DNA from: an uncultured Candidatus Saccharibacteria bacterium
GTDB lineage: Bacteria; Patescibacteriota; Saccharimonadia; Saccharimonadales; JACDBH01
NCBI GenBank assembly: GCA_964529785.1
Contig: CAZHAQ010000001.1
Coordinates: 37,502 to 101,501 of the forward strand
Direction of reading: 5' to 3'
DNA length: 64,000 nt
The notes below the pieces were generated by a model. The model ran no database searches and was not told the DNA's origin. It saw only the letters and a list, made by a program, of their open reading frames with translations. Numbering within the stretch: the first letter of the stretch is position 1; every line of letters begins with the position of its first letter. Positions 19,243-31,445 of this stretch are shown in pieces. The translations under genes and the position numbers were made by a program.

Positions 19243-20397
19243 ATGACAAGAATTTATTTAGATTATGCGGCAGCCACACCGATGAGCCAGTCGGTACTAA
19301 GCGCTATGCAGCCGTTTTTTACTGAGAAGTTCTATAATCCGTCTGCTCTTTACTTAGCCTCAAAGGATATCAAAAGCGTCTTAAATGAGGCCAGGTCGGA
19401 AGTAGCTAAGGTGCTTGGCTGCCGCTCATCTGAGATTATTTTTACAGCTGGCGGCACCGAATCGGACAATTTGGCCATAAGCGGCGTAATGCAATCGTTT
19501 CCCGGTAAAAATTGTATTGTAAGTGCAATTGAGCATGAGGCTGTCTTAAAGCCGGCAAGCCAGTATCCCCATAAAGTTGCTTCAGTCATGAGTGATGGGC
19601 GAATAGATCTTGATAAGCTGGCAGCTTTAATAGATGACGATACGGTATTAGTCAGTGTAATGTATGCCAACAATGAGATCGGTACCATCCAGCCTTTAAA
19701 GGAAATCGCCTCGTTAATTAAAAAGGTTAGGCAGGATCGTTTAAATAGGAGTGAAAAATCCCAAGCGCTGCCGCTTTATTTTCACACGGATGCTTGCCAG
19801 GCAGCAAATTATCTGTCCTTATCTGCAAGCAGTCTGGGTGTAGATCTAATGACTTTAAACGGCGGCAAGATTTATGGACCCAAACAGTCCGGGGTGCTGT
19901 TTGTTAAGACTGGCACAGAATTAAAACCTCTAATATTAGGTGGAGGGCAAGAGCGTAACATTAGGAGCGGAACTGAAAATGTCCCTGCGATCGTAGGCTT
20001 TTCAACTGCACTACGAGAAGCCGCCGAGATGAGTGAAAGCCAGCAAAAAACTATAGGTGAAGTTAAGTCATACATGATTAATGAATTAAGCAAGAAACTC
20101 CCTCAAGTTAGAATAAACGGCTCGCTAAAACACCGTCTGCCAAATAACGTACATATAACGATCCCGGACACCGATAATGAGCGGATAATGATGGAACTTG
20201 ATGAGCTAGGAATAATGGTGGCAACTGGCTCTGCTTGCAGTGCCAGTTCAGATGAACCTTCGCACGTGCTTAGTGCCATTGGCTTAACAGAAGAAGAAGC
20301 GAGAAGCAGTTTAAGAATCAGCTTTGGTCGCAAGACTGATAAAGCCCAGATTGATTTGCTTATCAGTAGTCTGGTGTCCCTAGTTGCGCACAGTTAA
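19243..20397 (+). CDS. iscS: Cysteine desulfurase (IscS/NifS group I)
   Basis: YLDYAAAT, GGTESDN, NNEIGT, HTDACQ, GKIYGP, RSGTEN, GSACS motifs. Confidence 0.95.
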   Translation: MTRIYLDYAAATPMSQSVLSAMQPFFTEKFYNPSALYLASKDIKSVLNEARSEVAKVLGCRSSEIIFTAGGTESDNLAISGVMQSFPGKNCIVSAIEHEAVLKPASQYPHKVASVMSDGRIDLDKLAALIDDDTVLVSVMYANNEIGTIQPLKEIASLIKKVRQDRLNRSEKSQALPLYFHTDACQAANYLSLSASSLGVDLMTLNGGKIYGPKQSGVLFVKTGTELKPLILGGGQERNIRSGTENVPAIVGFSTALREAAEMSESQQKTIGEVKSYMINELSKKLPQVRINGSLKHRLPNNVHITIPDTDNERIMMELDELGIMVATGSACSASSDEPSHVLSAIGLTEEEARSSLRISFGRKTDKAQIDLLISSLVSLVAHS

Positions 20398-20422
20398 ATA
20401 AACTAGTAAAATAACAATAAGC

Positions 20423-21268
20423 ATGTTTCTAATAAAAATAAAAAACTTCATTACTATTAAGCGCTTGCTGTCGGCAACGGCTCTGCTTGCAATAATCGTC
20501 ATGAACTTAAATGGATTCCTGGGAGCTCAAAGCGTTACACAGGGCTATGGAGCAGATGAAGCCTTGCAAAGAGGCATGATAGTAGGCACTAAGCCAGATG
20601 ACGCAACAAAAGTAGAGCCAATTAATAGAGATAGCCTTGATAGAATGCTGGGGGTTGTAGTAGAAGCCAATGATTCGCCTATTACATTGTCAGGAGAAGA
20701 TGAGCAGGCATATGTAGCAACAGTAGGACGCTATGATGTATTGGTTAGCGATCAGAATGGCAGCATAAAGTCGGGAGACTACATAACAGCTTCTTCTGTA
20801 AGCGGAATCGGAATGCTGGCAACCTTTGAAGAAAGCGAGATATTGGGTCGGGCAGTAGATAATTTTGATGGTGAAAATGCAATTATCGGCAGTAGTAGTA
20901 TCAGTGATTCAGGCGGAGGGTCTCGCACTGTAAATATTGGCCGTGTTCAACTTGATATTGCGATTTCAAAAAATCCGATAGCTAAAAGTGCAGCTGTAAC
21001 GCCCGAGTGGCTTGGTAAGATTGGTCAAGCTATTGCCGGTAAGTCATTAAGCCCAGCTAGGATTTACATCAGTGCCGCGGTCTTTCTTATCGGGGCATTC
21101 ATTGCCGGGGCAGTCTTATACTCCGGAGTCAGAAGCAGCATTATATCTATAGGCCGTAATCCGCTGTCAAAAAAAAGTATTATTCGTGGATTACTGCAGG
21201 TTATTTTTACAAGCTTAATAATTTTTATTATCAGTGTAATTGGGGTATATTTACTACTAAAGGTATAA
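20423..21268 (+). CDS. Exported beta-domain fused to a C-terminal ATP synthase subunit-c-like helical hairpin lacking the ion-binding carboxylate
   Basis: N-terminal signal/TM; C-terminal two TM helices joined by SIGRNP (c-loop R-N/Q-P); Leu sits where c-subunits carry Glu/Asp; the gene occupies the atpE slot before the atpF-like gene. Confidence 0.65.
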   Translation: MFLIKIKNFITIKRLLSATALLAIIVMNLNGFLGAQSVTQGYGADEALQRGMIVGTKPDDATKVEPINRDSLDRMLGVVVEANDSPITLSGEDEQAYVATVGRYDVLVSDQNGSIKSGDYITASSVSGIGMLATFEESEILGRAVDNFDGENAIIGSSSISDSGGGSRTVNIGRVQLDIAISKNPIAKSAAVTPEWLGKIGQAIAGKSLSPARIYISAAVFLIGAFIAGAVLYSGVRSSIISIGRNPLSKKSIIRGLLQVIFTSLIIFIISVIGVYLLLKV

Positions 21269-21296
21269 GCATTTTAAAAGGGTGGCTTGATTAAAT

Positions 21297-21932
21297 ATGA
21301 ATACTTGGGGGTTGGGATTAGTTATCGGTGCATTAGCTGCTACGGCGATTGCGTTCGTATGGGTGGCTATAAGACTAGGTTCAGCTGAACCTGCAGCTAA
21401 AAAAGAAGAGCCAGGCGATAGCCGGGAGGCAATTGGGCAAGCGGCAGTTGAGGATGTGGAGAATATTTTCAACGAGGAGTACCGCGAAGAGCTTAGAAAT
21501 CGCGGCAGGATGCATTTTGAAAAAGTCATTGGCGAAAACGCCCAGTTCCTGCAGCAGGATTTGCGCTTGACCACCTCGCAAATCAATGAATTTATGAAGC
21601 AAGAAATTAGCAATACTCTAAAAGAAGAGTTTGCCAAATATCAGCAGTCGATTGACGACATAAAGAAAATGACATTAGAGTCAATCCAGAAAACTGAAGC
21701 TTCTCTCGAAGAGGAGAGGCAGCAGATGCGCGTACAGTTAGAAAATGAAGTAGCCCAACAAAAAGAAAAACTGATTAAAAGTTTTGAACAGAATATGGGA
21801 GAAATAGTTAACCATTATGTTTTAGATGCAATTGGCAATGAAATTAACTTAAATGAACAGTTAGGGTATATTTTAACCGAATTACAGGAAAACAAAGAAG
21901 CGATAGTGGAGGATATTAGGAGTGGAGCCTAA
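21297..21932 (+). CDS. atpF: F-type ATPase subunit b-like protein
   Basis: Single N-terminal TM followed by a long E/Q/K coiled coil; positioned before delta and alpha. Confidence 0.65.
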   Translation: MNTWGLGLVIGALAATAIAFVWVAIRLGSAEPAAKKEEPGDSREAIGQAAVEDVENIFNEEYREELRNRGRMHFEKVIGENAQFLQQDLRLTTSQINEFMKQEISNTLKEEFAKYQQSIDDIKKMTLESIQKTEASLEEERQQMRVQLENEVAQQKEKLIKSFEQNMGEIVNHYVLDAIGNEINLNEQLGYILTELQENKEAIVEDIRSGA

Positions 21933-22689
21933 AACTCCTTATCCCGCAGAGGATACTCATGTATCAAGGCCGCACCAGTCTCCGCTGCGGCCTGCGGCTT
22001 CTGCTTCTGTCGCTGAAGTTCCTAGCAGTCCAGATTCTAGTACTGGTTCAGTCACTGAAGCTGCAAAAGATTTAGTATTACCTCCAAGTGTTATTTCAAA
22101 GAGTGATGTTTCAAGAGGTCTAAGGGAGCTATCGGAAATAGATGACTATTTTCATCAAGCTTCAATCCGGGGCAGTAAAGACCAGGAAATGCCATCGGTG
22201 AGCAAGGTTTTAGAGGTTACGGCTGAAGCCAATGGACTTAATCTTATACATGCTGATGACAGATCTAAGCTTAAGACTTTTCTGACTGGCGTTAAAGCGG
22301 GCGCACCAGTTGTGCATATAAGTTTTCCTTCGGAAGCCAGTAATCAGTTTCTTGGCAAGCTGTTGGATTGGTTTAGGACAGAGGTTCATCCATATACATT
22401 GATGCGGGTGGGCCTCAAGCCGGAGCTTATAGCCGGCTTTATGCTCAGGACAAATAATAAGTCTTTTGATTTTAGCTTTAGAAAACGATTTGAGCGGAGT
22501 AAGCAGAAACTAATAGACGCAATTAGCGAATCCAATAAAACTCATGCTGCAGACCAGGACCAAGGGCAGCTGGTTGAGCCTGCTACGCCTACAGAAGCTC
22601 AGGTAGCAGTAGATCGTCCGCTTGATGAAGGGGCGCCTCAGCCGTTAACTGATGCATCAGAAGACAAGCCAGTGGAGGTAGCTTCATAA
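21922..22689 (+). CDS. atpH: F-type ATPase subunit delta-like protein
   Basis: C-terminal delta/OSCP signature [21 protein letters not shown]; low-complexity termini; TAATG coupling to alpha. Confidence 0.75.
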   Translation: MEPKTPYPAEDTHVSRPHQSPLRPAASASVAEVPSSPDSSTGSVTEAAKDLVLPPSVISKSDVSRGLRELSEIDDYFHQASIRGSKDQEMPSVSKVLEVTAEANGLNLIHADDRSKLKTFLTGVKAGAPVVHISFPSEASNQFLGKLLDWFRTEVHPYTLMRVGLKPELIAGFMLRTNNKSFDFSFRKRFERSKQKLIDAISESNKTHAADQDQGQLVEPATPTEAQVAVDRPLDEGAPQPLTDASEDKPVEVAS

Positions 22690-24241
22690 TGGCTAGAGAA
22701 GACTCAGTAAATATTCAGCAGTTTCAGAAGCTGGTTGATCAAGGCAATCCTGTCGGCGAGGTAATAGGTGTTGACCAATTCATTGTAATGGTTAAAGGCC
22801 TTCACCCAGCCAACGCTCACGCCCTAGTGATGTTTGAAGATGGCAGCAAGGGCTTTATAAATCATGTACTGGAAGATTATGTACTTGTCCTGCATCTAGG
22901 AACTGAGCATTTAAAAGTTGGCATGGTCGCCGTTACCCAGCACGATCGACTTGTAGCAAAGGTGGGCAAAAACTTTATAGGTCGAGTAGTAAATGTCATG
23001 GGCGAGCCTCTTGACGGCAAAGGGCCGATTGCACCTGATGATACTTGGCCAGTTTTTAATCCAGCGCCACCTATATTTGAACGAGAAATGCTTGACTACC
23101 AACTGGAGACAGGGGTTACTTCAGTAGACGGGCTTTTCCCTATAGTGCGCGGACAACGACTTGCAATACTTGGAGATAACAAGACTGGCAAAACTGCTCT
23201 TGCCACCCAGGTTGCAATTAACCAGAAAAATACCGATATCATTACCATTTACGTACTAATTGGCAAGCGGCGCTCAGATATTGACGAATTAATTGCCCGC
23301 TTAGGGGAGACCGATGCGCTAAAAAATACCATCATAGTCGTGTCAACGCTATTTGAATCGCTAATTATGACTTATCTTGCACCATATGTTGGTTGTGCCA
23401 TGGCTGAGTACTTATGGCAGTCATGCGACCAGGACTCAATGATTGTTTATGACGATTTGACATCGCATGCTCAAGCTTATCGTGAGGTCGCGCTATTATC
23501 TGGAGTTAGCCCTGGACGAGACTCTTATCCTGGCGATATGTTTTATGCTCATTCCAGTCTTCTTGAACGCGCAGGAAAGCTGCAGCGCAACCACAAAACT
23601 CTAACCAGTTTACCTATTGTCTTGACACCGAATAACGATATTACCGCTTACTTGCCGACTAATATCATGTCTATCACTGACGGACAGTGGATTATGGATT
23701 TGCAAGTATTTTTATCAGGCATTCGTCCGGCATTATCTACCGGGTTGAGCGTGACCCGTGTTGGTGGTGTTGGTCAAAACAAGCGTCAAAAGTCCCAGAC
23801 TGTAGCCGCAATGAAAGCGTTGGCTACTTATAGGCAGGCAGAGGAGTACGCCCACTTTGGATCAGAGCTGGCTTTGAGTGCCCATAAAGATCTGGCACGT
23901 GGTAAAAGTATTTTAGAATTATTTAATCAGCCGCCGACAATAACCTACAATTTTATGGAACAGCAGCTAATGTTTGATATTGTCCTAAATACTGACGATA
24001 CAGCCACACTAGACGTTAAAAAAATGAAAGAAAATGTTAAAAGTTTAGCCGAGCAGGTAAAAAGCGACGAAGATTTTGACAGAGTTCGTGATCAATTGTT
24101 AGCTGCAAGTATGCTTGGCGGCGCGCCTTCACAGCCCCAGGGAGATGGCACAACAGAGCTTTCCGGCGGCGGCAGCCAAGTAGTTGAGCCAGTAGCTCAA
24201 GCTCCTGCTGAGGACGGTAAGCCGGTAGAGGAGCCTAAAAA

Positions 24242-24245
<4 letters not shown>
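22689..24245 (+). CDS. atpA: Divergent F1 ATPase alpha subunit
   Basis: [19 protein letters not shown], Walker [43 protein letters not shown], arginine finger SVTRVGG. Confidence 0.93.
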
Positions 24246-26487
<2,242 letters not shown>

Positions 26488-26491
26488 TAAA

Positions 26492-26788
26492 ATGGCTGAA
26501 AAAGATAAGCCAGTAGAAGAAGGGTTAAAAGACAAGGACGGAAAACCTCTAATGCATATAAAGGTTTACTCTCCTTTTGAAAACTATTTTGACGAGCCAG
26601 CCTACAGTATTAGCGCTGAAAATCATACTGGCCCTTTTGATATCCTGCCCAAGCATCACAATTTTATGACGATGATAAATCCTGGCGAAATAAAGATCGC
26701 TGCACCAAGTGGTGACAAAGTAATAAGAATAAACCGCGGTGTAATGCATGTTAAAGCTGATAAAGTCGTAGTTTTTCTTAATGTTTAA
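26492..26788 (+). CDS. atpC: F1 epsilon-like subunit, N-terminal beta-sandwich only
   Basis: IKVYSP, GPFDILPKH, INRGVMHV..DKVVV; ends at 98 aa without the C-terminal helical hairpin. Confidence 0.82.
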   Translation: MAEKDKPVEEGLKDKDGKPLMHIKVYSPFENYFDEPAYSISAENHTGPFDILPKHHNFMTMINPGEIKIAAPSGDKVIRINRGVMHVKADKVVVFLNV

Positions 26789-27526
26789 TTAAAATGTGGC
26801 AACTGCCTGTATCACTAGTACTGTGCGGTAGCGCCCACCCGGAGTGCTGGTAGCTTTATTGGCTATTATGGACATCGTATAGTCGGTCTGACCCGATTCT
26901 TCATTACTCTCAGCGATAATATCCCCGTCTACGTATTTGAAATAGTTAACCTGGTCATAGCCTGTAGAGGGTAGGCCGTATGAAAAGCTGTTGTCGGGCT
27001 GCTGGACAGGATTGGTGCCAATACCCGGGTTTGAATTTGCAACTAGATTAATCCCAAACTGTTCGGTTCCTGGCACGGATTCGCTTGCTCCACTAATTGC
27101 AGTTAGGGCATGGGACCTTTGACCGGATACATTGGTAGGCGGCGATCCATGTACGCGAACCACATAGCCTTCAGACAGATAGCTGGCAACAGTAAACCCA
27201 GTACTGGCAGCTGCCGTACTGGTTTCATTAAGTACGCCTAAATCTATATTTGTATTTCCATTAACCACTAAGGATAATGTTGGCTCATCCGGCGTACCGA
27301 AGCCGGCCATTATTCCATAATTCTCACTGCTGGCTTCTCCACCGGTACCGCCTACAGACTGTTGGGAGCAGAAGCTGTCGGAGCATGCTTCAAGCTCGCC
27401 GCCGCTGCCCATGAAAATTTCGTCCACTGAATAGTTGGGTGAAGCTAGCTGGGCACTGGCAATTGCCGGTATAGACAAAAGCGCAATAAACACCCCAAAG
27501 CCGGCGCGAATCAGGCTGGATTTCAT
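26789..27526 (-). CDS. Secreted WxL/pilin-like protein (paralog 1)
   Basis: Signal peptide; GTEQFGINLVAN; C-terminus TPGGRYRTVLVIQAVATF shared with the genes at 28894 and 30257. Confidence 0.75.
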   Translation of the reverse strand: MKSSLIRAGFGVFIALLSIPAIASAQLASPNYSVDEIFMGSGGELEACSDSFCSQQSVGGTGGEASSENYGIMAGFGTPDEPTLSLVVNGNTNIDLGVLNETSTAAASTGFTVASYLSEGYVVRVHGSPPTNVSGQRSHALTAISGASESVPGTEQFGINLVANSNPGIGTNPVQQPDNSFSYGLPSTGYDQVNYFKYVDGDIIAESNEESGQTDYTMSIIANKATSTPGGRYRTVLVIQAVATF

Positions 27527-27611
27527 ATCACTATTTTTGCATGTATTTTAATTGTCATCAAGCTGCTTATGATTTGAGTATTAATATAGTATTATAGTTA
27601 CAAAAGTCATT

Positions 27612-28745
27612 ATGGAAGATAAAGATAAGACAAACGAGACTCAGTCTCCAGCCCTTGATGGAAATGAAGCTAAGGATTCATCCGCTAGCCAAAAATCTGA
27701 CAAGTCAGCTGAAGAACTGATGGGGCAAGTAGCTAATGAGGATACGTCTCTTGATGGTGGAGGCGGTCCCAAGCAGTCGGCCGTTGATGCTATGGCTGAC
27801 AGCTCCAATAAAGAGGATGACCCCTCAGCTGCTCCGAAAAAGCCTGAAGCGAAAGGCATTAAAAAACTTCTAAGCAAAGTTAATATCTACCTACTGCTAT
27901 TTGTTTTGGTCGTCGTGATTGCGGCAGCAGCTTATGCAGTGATGTATTTCATGAACAAGCGAGAAACCCAGATCCAGCTTGAGACAACCAAGCTTACCAA
28001 TGAAACACTAGACCAGCTTAAGACGTCGGATGCTTTTGTAGGTGATCCGCGTCAAATACTTACCATAGAATCAAATGCAGTTATTACTGGCAAGGTAATA
28101 ATGCGGGACACACTGGACGTTGCAGGATCCCTAAATGTGGGCGGACCGCTTAGCGTTCCCGATATTAGTACGTCAGGGTCCGGGTCATTCGGAACGCTGC
28201 AGACAAATGATTTGCAGGCGGGAGGAAATGTTGCTGTCGGTGGAATCTTAGACGTGGTAGGCACTTTAACAACGGGGGAAAATTTATCTGTTGCAGGTGA
28301 TATTAATGGCGGCGGAAGACTGGATATAGGCGGCCAGGCAACTATAGGCGGAAACCTAAATGTTAATGGCACTATATCGGCCCGGGGAATAAATTTTGAT
28401 GAGATATCGATTACTCGTATAAATATAAGCGGCAACAATCCAGGAGTATCAGTAGGCGGTGCGGCTGGTGGAGGTGGCACAGCATCAGTGAGTGGATCTG
28501 ACACTGCGGGTACGGTTACTATAAATACGGGCGGCGGAACAGGCACTGGTATACTTGCAACCATTAATTTCACAGGAGCATTTAAGAGCAATAATCCTCA
28601 TGCAGTTATAACGCCTAATGGTCCAGGCTGCTCGGGGATAAACTATTATGTTACAAATTTCAGTTCTACGCAGTTTTCAATTGCTACATCTTCGCCTCCA
28701 CCACCAGGCACAAGCTGCCGATTTAACTATATTGTTATAAATTAA
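27612..28745 (+). CDS. Membrane-anchored Gly-rich beta-repeat fibre-like protein
   Basis: Acidic cytoplasmic N-terminus, one TM, repeated G-x-L-x-V-x-G units, C-terminal beta-domain (GSDTAGTVTI...). Confidence 0.72.
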   Translation: MEDKDKTNETQSPALDGNEAKDSSASQKSDKSAEELMGQVANEDTSLDGGGGPKQSAVDAMADSSNKEDDPSAAPKKPEAKGIKKLLSKVNIYLLLFVLVVVIAAAAYAVMYFMNKRETQIQLETTKLTNETLDQLKTSDAFVGDPRQILTIESNAVITGKVIMRDTLDVAGSLNVGGPLSVPDISTSGSGSFGTLQTNDLQAGGNVAVGGILDVVGTLTTGENLSVAGDINGGGRLDIGGQATIGGNLNVNGTISARGINFDEISITRINISGNNPGVSVGGAAGGGGTASVSGSDTAGTVTINTGGGTGTGILATINFTGAFKSNNPHAVITPNGPGCSGINYYVTNFSSTQFSIATSSPPPPGTSCRFNYIVIN

Positions 28746-28893
28746 TGTCTATTTTTTACTGCCGGAGATTACGGTATTGTTCGCTGTGGATAACCGCTAG
28801 CATTAACCATTGCATTGCCATAAACGGTTTGGTAAAGTTAAATCCAGGTAACACCTAAAATAAACAGTAAATAAAATTAAAAGGAGAAAATGC

Positions 28894-30096
28894 ATGAGTG
28901 ATAATTATGCAATTTCGCTGAAACGCACGATGACGCTTATTGCTGCATTGTCATTTATGGCAGTGCTATTTGCAGTAAACTTCTCGGCGATATTCAGCGC
29001 GCATGCGGGTGCAGCTCAGCTTGAGAGTAGGAGCTTGACGCTAAGCAGTTCGCTTGCAGGTACTGAGGTGGGGGATTCTATCGCCGGCTCAGAAACAAAC
29101 GGAAGTGCGGCAACGCATACTTTCAAATTTACAAAATCAGCTGCATCAGACAGCGCAGACAGAATAAGTTTTGAGTACTGTGATGCAGCTGTTGGAACGT
29201 GTAACGCTCCCGATGGGCTAGACCTTACTGCTGTAACTGCAACTGGCGGCACTGGAGTGACTGTGTCTAACCCGTCAGTGTCAGGGTCAAAAGTTACTGT
29301 TGAAGCGACATCATTGTCAGCAGGCGCTGCAGCTATTACCGTTCCACTTGGGAACATAGAAAACCCGGATGTTACTCCAGTTTTCTTTGTTAGGATAGAA
29401 TTATTTGCCAACTCTGCCCCTGCAACAATTTTAGATGAAGGTACAGTAACAAGCGCAATCACAGAAGGGATTACAATTACCACGCGCGTTACAGAAACTC
29501 TTGGTTTCTCAACAACAGCAGATATTGCTAGTGGTGTCCCTGTTCCAACTTCATCTTGCGTACCATTAACTGGTTCAGGTGCTATCCAAATGGGTGATCC
29601 TATAGAAAATACTCTAAGCATTACTCAAGCTTATGATGCCTATTCAGTATTTCGCCTATACACCAACGCATCAAATGGTGTAGCCGTACAATATGAAGGT
29701 AAAACCTTAACAAAAGGTAACGACGAGATTGATGAAATTGGTGCTTCGCCCGCATTCGTACAGACTGGTACTGAGCAGTTCGGTCTTGGCATAGATACTA
29801 CTGCTAATGGCGGGACCATATCCAATGTTGATACAGCTTGGACTGGCGGTGCAGGCAATATATTACCAGAAGCTGACTATGGTCTTGCGGATGGCGCAAT
29901 CAGTACGAGTGGTACTGGCGCACAGTTCGCTTTTGTTGCCGATACTCCAACAACCTTAGCTTCTTCAGATCCATTAGAAGGTGGTTATGTAAACTGTGCA
30001 ACTGGTGCAGTACGCTACGTAGCAAATGTAAGCCCGCTTACACCATCCGGTGTTTACACTACCACTCTAGTTTACTCAGCAGTTCCTACTTACTAA
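28894..30096 (+). CDS. Secreted WxL/pilin-like protein (paralog 2, candidate major subunit)
   Basis: Signal peptide, strong AAAGGAG SD, GTEQFGLGI, C-terminus TPSGVYTTTLVYSAVPTY, downstream stem-loop. Confidence 0.78.
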   Translation: MSDNYAISLKRTMTLIAALSFMAVLFAVNFSAIFSAHAGAAQLESRSLTLSSSLAGTEVGDSIAGSETNGSAATHTFKFTKSAASDSADRISFEYCDAAVGTCNAPDGLDLTAVTATGGTGVTVSNPSVSGSKVTVEATSLSAGAAAITVPLGNIENPDVTPVFFVRIELFANSAPATILDEGTVTSAITEGITITTRVTETLGFSTTADIASGVPVPTSSCVPLTGSGAIQMGDPIENTLSITQAYDAYSVFRLYTNASNGVAVQYEGKTLTKGNDEIDEIGASPAFVQTGTEQFGLGIDTTANGGTISNVDTAWTGGAGNILPEADYGLADGAISTSGTGAQFAFVADTPTTLASSDPLEGGYVNCATGAVRYVANVSPLTPSGVYTTTLVYSAVPTY

Positions 30097-30151
30097 ATTA
30101 ATATAATAAGACATAGATCTTAATTAAATAGACATAGCATCTAATATATAA

Positions 30152-30193
30152 ATCGGCTTGATTACGGACATAGTTCCAATAAATCAAGCCGAT
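30152..30193 (+). terminator. Stem-loop after the 28894-30096 gene (terminator or mRNA stabiliser)
   Basis: Perfect 12-bp stem ATCGGCTTGATT/AATCAAGCCGAT followed by ATTTATTTT. Confidence 0.65.
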
Positions 30194-30256
30194 ATTTATT
30201 TTAATTAAAATTAATTAAGGTCCTAACTATTAAGTTTTTGGGTTAAAATATATAGC

Positions 30257-31330
30257 ATGAGCTTTATAGGGTCTTTCAAGGCTAAGTTTTATGATGCTGT
30301 AGCGCTGATTGTTTTATTGTTAACTCTACTAATATTAGGCGGACTTGTTGTAGCAAGAACTGTTAGCGCTTTTGATTATCCGAAATTGCTAAACCGAAGT
30401 TTAGCTATTGGGTCAACAGTTCCTGGGGCAACTACAGACTATACTTTTAGCTGGCGATACCCAAGTCCTACTACCGTAAGATCAGTTAAAATGATCATTT
30501 GCGCTGACCCATATGTATTAGACCCCTGTAGTTCAACGCCTGCTAGTGATTTTTCCGCTGGAGTTCTATCAAGCCAGTCTGGTGATGTAACGGGATTTAG
30601 TATTCTAAGTCAGACGGCAAATGAGATTGTATTAACCCGTCCAACAGGACCGGCTGGAGCTGGTCAGTCTACTTATGTTTTTGAAAATATGGTGAATCCT
30701 ACTGGCTTACATTCTAAATTTTTCGTTCAGATATTTACTTATTCAAGTGCTGATGCAAGCGGTACACCTAATCATATATCCAGTGTAGCCAATGCAACCG
30801 TTGAGCCAATTGTAGTCAGCACTATCGTACCGCCAATTCTTTATTTTTGCGTCGGCCTGACAGTAGACGAGTGGTGCGAAAACTCATATGGTAATTTTAT
30901 AGATTACGGAGATTTGAGAGCAGATGAGACTGATGCTGGAACTTCGCAATTTGGTGTCGCGACTAATGCGGTTGGTGGCTACACAGTTACCATTAATGGC
31001 GGCACTATGGCGTCCGGGAATAAGCTAATAGAACCTTTATCCGTTCCGGCTGGTAATTCTCCCAGCACATCCCAGTTTGGATTAAACTTACGGGCCAATA
31101 CTGATCCAGCGTTAGGTCAAGACGTATTTGGCGCAGGCATCGGCGTGGTGGCGCCAGATTATGATTCTCCTGATTTATACAAATTTAGTAATGGCGATAC
31201 TGTGGCTACTGCGGCTACCGGCTCTCTATTTAATACGTATACAGCTACGTATATTGTAAACGTACCGCCCGATCAACCCTCCGGTATATATACAGCTACT
31301 ATTGCGTACATTTGTACAGCAGCGTTCTAG
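30257..31330 (+). CDS. Secreted WxL/pilin-like protein (paralog 3)
   Basis: N-terminal TM/signal; LLNRSL (compare LESRSL in paralog 2); STSQFGLNLRAN; C-terminus QPSGIYTATIAYICTAAF. Confidence 0.78.
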   Translation: MSFIGSFKAKFYDAVALIVLLLTLLILGGLVVARTVSAFDYPKLLNRSLAIGSTVPGATTDYTFSWRYPSPTTVRSVKMIICADPYVLDPCSSTPASDFSAGVLSSQSGDVTGFSILSQTANEIVLTRPTGPAGAGQSTYVFENMVNPTGLHSKFFVQIFTYSSADASGTPNHISSVANATVEPIVVSTIVPPILYFCVGLTVDEWCENSYGNFIDYGDLRADETDAGTSQFGVATNAVGGYTVTINGGTMASGNKLIEPLSVPAGNSPSTSQFGLNLRANTDPALGQDVFGAGIGVVAPDYDSPDLYKFSNGDTVATAATGSLFNTYTATYIVNVPPDQPSGIYTATIAYICTAAF

Positions 31331-31445
31331 GATGTTTATTGATAATTGTGTGTTAAATTTTACACGTTATATAGTCTAGGCAATGATTGAAAATTTATGT
31401 TAGACTATCCTTAATTCTAATGCTTTACAAAAAGAGGGGAGATAA

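Noticed and set aside
28052-29858. Long antisense ORFs (179 and 201 aa) opposite the surface-protein genes, and similar shadows elsewhere
   Set aside because: Mirror frames of Gly/Thr/Ala-rich genes, with no motifs or expression signals.
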